Of a DNA stretch of 64,000 nucleotides, positions 61,555 to 64,000 are shown piece after piece. A program made the translations under genes and the position numbers. The stretch is taken from sequence record PP496440.1; one strand, 5' to 3'. The notes below the pieces were generated by a model. It was not told where the DNA came from. It was given only the letters and a program-made list of their open reading frames with translations, and did no database searches. How positions within the stretch are numbered: the stretch's first letter is position 1; each line of letters begins with the position of its first letter.

Positions 61555-62031
61555 ATGAACTCTTTAACCGAACTGCTGACTGCATCCCCGTGGTATCTTA
61601 TGATCCCTGCATGGGTGGTCGTTCTGGCCATTGGATGGGTTGCCATGTGGATCGTCTGGAATGTGGTGCTCCGCTTTCTCAAGTGCTACGCCCGTGGGTT
61701 CAGCTTGGGTCTGATGACTACCTACGTGGCCCTACGTGCCGGGGCTCCAATCCAGTACTTCCTATTCTATCTCTTAGTTGAGACGATCTTCCTTGCTCCG
61801 TTCCATATGATCAAGGATGAGATGTTCTCCAGCATCCATTACTCCAGTGTGACTCTGGCCAACGGCGGCACTTGGTCCGGGACCTTCCAGTGGTACATCC
61901 GTAAGGAGATAACCCGCAAAAGCTGGAACCAATGGGAAGCAGAGATGCTGGAGGAAAAAGCCAAGCGGGCAGAGATCGCTAAGCGTAACCGTGAAGACTA
62001 TCTGCGTGACCCTGACAACTTCGACGTGTGA
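61555..62031 (+). CDS. membrane protein (158 aa)
   Basis: Two to three hydrophobic segments. Confidence 0.65.
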   Translation: MNSLTELLTASPWYLMIPAWVVVLAIGWVAMWIVWNVVLRFLKCYARGFSLGLMTTYVALRAGAPIQYFLFYLLVETIFLAPFHMIKDEMFSSIHYSSVTLANGGTWSGTFQWYIRKEITRKSWNQWEAEMLEEKAKRAEIAKRNREDYLRDPDNFDV

Positions 62032-62040
62032 GATCCCCGA

Positions 62041-62703
62041 GTGAATATATTCTTCGTCCACGCTGATCCTGTTATTGCCGCAAGCATGCTCTGCGACCAG
62101 CATGTGACTAAGATGATAACCGAGTCGATCCAGATGCTGTGCACGGCGCACCGGTTCTTCGGTAACGAAGATATGCCGTACGAATCGATGAACCCGAACC
62201 ATCGGTGCAACATCTGGGTCCGGGAGTCCACTGAGAACTATCGGTGGTTATGGCGGCACGCCCATGCGCTGGCGCTGGTGGCAGCGTCCCGATACGGGGC
62301 TGTACGCTCGCAGGCGGTGACTTTGTTGTCCCGACTGATCGATGCCCCGGCTGGCGTCGAACGTGGCGCCTTGACGATCCCAGCGGCTGCTATTAGTGAG
62401 CCGCCCGGTTCCCCAATCCCACCGGAGTACTTTCAAGCATGGCGGGAGAGTGTGGTGTGCTTCGAATCTGCCGTCGTTGCTTATCGCCAATTCTATGTTC
62501 AACAGAAGTCGGTGTTTGCTCGTTGGTCTGGTTCGGCACCCGCATGGTATATCCAAGGTTTGCGGCAGTACAGACTCATGCACCGACTTCGTGAACGAGA
62601 CCCTAAACGACCGTGGCCGCGAGGCATGACCAAACCTGATACCTCAGTGCAATTTCGGTCGCACCCTACCCTAAGTGATTGGAGGCACTTCCCTAATGAA
62701 TAA
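62041..62703 (+). CDS. denV: pyrimidine-dimer DNA glycosylase (T4 endonuclease V-like family)
   Basis: NIFFVHADPVIAASMLCDQHVTKMITESIQMLC, NHRCNIWVRESTENYRWL. Confidence 0.8.
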   Translation: MNIFFVHADPVIAASMLCDQHVTKMITESIQMLCTAHRFFGNEDMPYESMNPNHRCNIWVRESTENYRWLWRHAHALALVAASRYGAVRSQAVTLLSRLIDAPAGVERGALTIPAAAISEPPGSPIPPEYFQAWRESVVCFESAVVAYRQFYVQQKSVFARWSGSAPAWYIQGLRQYRLMHRLRERDPKRPWPRGMTKPDTSVQFRSHPTLSDWRHFPNE

Positions 62704-62714
62704 GAGGATCTTGT

Positions 62715-62990
62715 ATGACGACCCCATTGACTGACTCTGAACTTCAGATGCTGGTTACGGCTGCACGTGATCAGATGGCTGACGTGATCACCCGACACTT
62801 GCGCACCGTACTGCTGCCCCAGCATACCGGAACAGAGGCGGAACAAGCTCGTATCGTGGCAGAGGATTCCGGGATCGATCTGATCCAACTGGTGTTCCTG
62901 CTGAATGGAGATTCGGCCAAGCTGTCCACGCACAAGCTGCTTGAGATTGCCATCCGCCTGCGGCTGCGCCCCGTGTTCACCCTGACCTGA
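62715..62990 (+). CDS. small HTH-like protein (91 aa)
   Basis: QARIVAEDSGIDLIQL...LSTHKLLEIAIRL; weak XRE-like pattern. Confidence 0.5.
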   Translation: MTTPLTDSELQMLVTAARDQMADVITRHLRTVLLPQHTGTEAEQARIVAEDSGIDLIQLVFLLNGDSAKLSTHKLLEIAIRLRLRPVFTLT

Positions 62991-63004
62991 TCTAGCGTCA
63001 CCCT

Positions 63005-63040
63005 AACCCCGCCCGGCCATTGTGCTGCGCGGGGTTTTCT
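63005..63040 (+). terminator. intrinsic terminator
   Basis: AACCCCGC...GCGGGGTTTTCT. Confidence 0.6.
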
Positions 63041-63096
63041 TGCCTCTAATCGCCTAATTATGGATACACTCAGGTAAGTTTACTAGGAGTTTAATT

Positions 63097-64000
63097 ATGG
63101 CAACCCTTGGATTCAAAAGGACAGTGTCTGCCCCCGTAGGACTGGAACTTTCAGGCAACAAACTCAGTTACACCTGGTATTATCCGGATGAAGATTATAT
63201 CCGGGCTAATTTCCGTAGTCTGCAGGATATCGTGAAGAAAGGTTGGGCAGTTTGTTCCAATGCTGACCTAGTAAACTTCCCTTCGTTCGGGGAACTGGAT
63301 GCGTACCATCCTACCTTGGGTGTATCTACAACACCCGTAGTGTCTATGGTAGAACTTACCACCACCCATCTGGCTGGGGATCATAAGTACCTGCAAGCCG
63401 TCCTGCTAGGTAATATCCCGGTTCTTCTCCTTAGCGATGGCGTGAACTGGCGTAACATCTCGGCCAACAACGCCATTGTCGCCACGGACCCCGGCGGTGA
63501 AGTAACCCCGCCAGCCCCGTTGAACGCACTCAAGATGGCAACCCAGTGGAATGCTATTCACTGGTACGTCGAGACACCTACTGATATCGTTCCAGGTGCA
63601 ACCGAAGCAAGGTACGTGTCCAACATGGTCCACTTCGTCGGCGGCGGCGCCCTGAAGACCATTGCACTGAGTTTCCCTAACTGGTATCTGTACACGGGTG
63701 ACGGTCCGGTTGCTAACGGAGGCAGCGCGTTGCCACTGGACAAGGCAGTTATCGAATACAACAGCATCGTTGTCCCCGTAACCTTCAACGGTGCGCGGTC
63801 GAAGCTGATTCCAGACGGAGCTAGTGACGTAGTGTGCGATGAGATTCCTGCCAGTGCATTCGGCTTGGAAGAGATTCCTAACCTGTCCAAGTTGCTGGTG
63901 CGAACACAGTTCACCTTTGCGGCGGGCGGAAAGATTGTATTCTCGGATCGGAAAGTAAGCGCGGTACCGGGAACTCAGGTAATGGTCGGCAATACGGCCA
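63097..64000 (+). CDS. 5' part (~301 aa, runs off right edge) of a probable virion protein with SGNH/GDSL-hydrolase-associated beta domain
   Basis: Open frame from ATG 63097 (AGGAG SD) to window end; IALSFPNWY...VPVTFNGARSKLIPDGASDVVCDEI resembles the domain preceding SGNH catalytic domains; not in track. Confidence 0.5.
   Translation, partial: MATLGFKRTVSAPVGLELSGNKLSYTWYYPDEDYIRANFRSLQDIVKKGWAVCSNADLVNFPSFGELDAYHPTLGVSTTPVVSMVELTTTHLAGDHKYLQAVLLGNIPVLLLSDGVNWRNISANNAIVATDPGGEVTPPAPLNALKMATQWNAIHWYVETPTDIVPGATEARYVSNMVHFVGGGALKTIALSFPNWYLYTGDGPVANGGSALPLDKAVIEYNSIVVPVTFNGARSKLIPDGASDVVCDEIPASAFGLEEIPNLSKLLVRTQFTFAAGGKIVFSDRKVSAVPGTQVMVGNTA

Noticed and set aside
1-64000. tRNA genes, CRISPR arrays, IS elements, integrase, phage-nucleus (chimallin/PhuZ) or multisubunit RNAP genes
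   Set aside because: No cloverleaf, regularly spaced repeat-spacer array, transposase/integrase motifs or phiKZ-type hallmark proteins recognised in this window.

Overview
A 64-kb segment of a large (jumbo-type) contractile-tailed dsDNA phage genome. It is gene-dense with mostly GC-ending codons, and has sigma70-type early promoters and no tRNA or CRISPR array that I can see. Its overall organisation recalls the PaBG/Lu11/phiRSL1-type jumbo myoviruses, but that is an unverified impression. Layout: (i) 1-17 kb, mostly minus strand: virion module (neck/adaptor proteins, tail tube, a 947-aa tail sheath with four inserted repeats, major capsid protein, decoration protein, Zn-finger scaffold), a RuvC-like resolvase, and at the left edge a truncated Acb1/gp57B-like 2H phosphoesterase that the ORF track misses. 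(ii) 18-21.6 kb: a 928-aa family-A/TV-Pol-like polymerase next to a ~0.8-kb non-coding, strand-skewed region with G-quadruplex motifs (candidate origin). (iii) 21.8-31.5 kb: small early genes in repeated terminator/promoter/leader cassettes, a GNAT, RNase HI and a UvrD-like helicase. (iv) 31.7-45 kb, the most striking part: a tightly packed ~13-kb biosynthetic/modification operon. It holds a catalytically dead LigA paralogue, two QueC-like PP-loop ATPases flanking a Gly-rich protein, four FemABX/ATE-like tandem-GNAT transferases, a PurD-like ATP-grasp fusion, two paralogous SAM methyltransferases and a lysine 2,3-aminomutase (KamA); its product is unknown. (v) 45-64 kb: bacterial-type topoisomerase IIA subunits, J-domain and DnaJ-type Zn-finger proteins, a PseT-like phosphatase, HNH, a sigma-like protein, a P-loop kinase, a DenV-like glycosylase and the start of a probable SGNH-type virion protein. 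All product calls come from motif recognition by eye; no database search was run.
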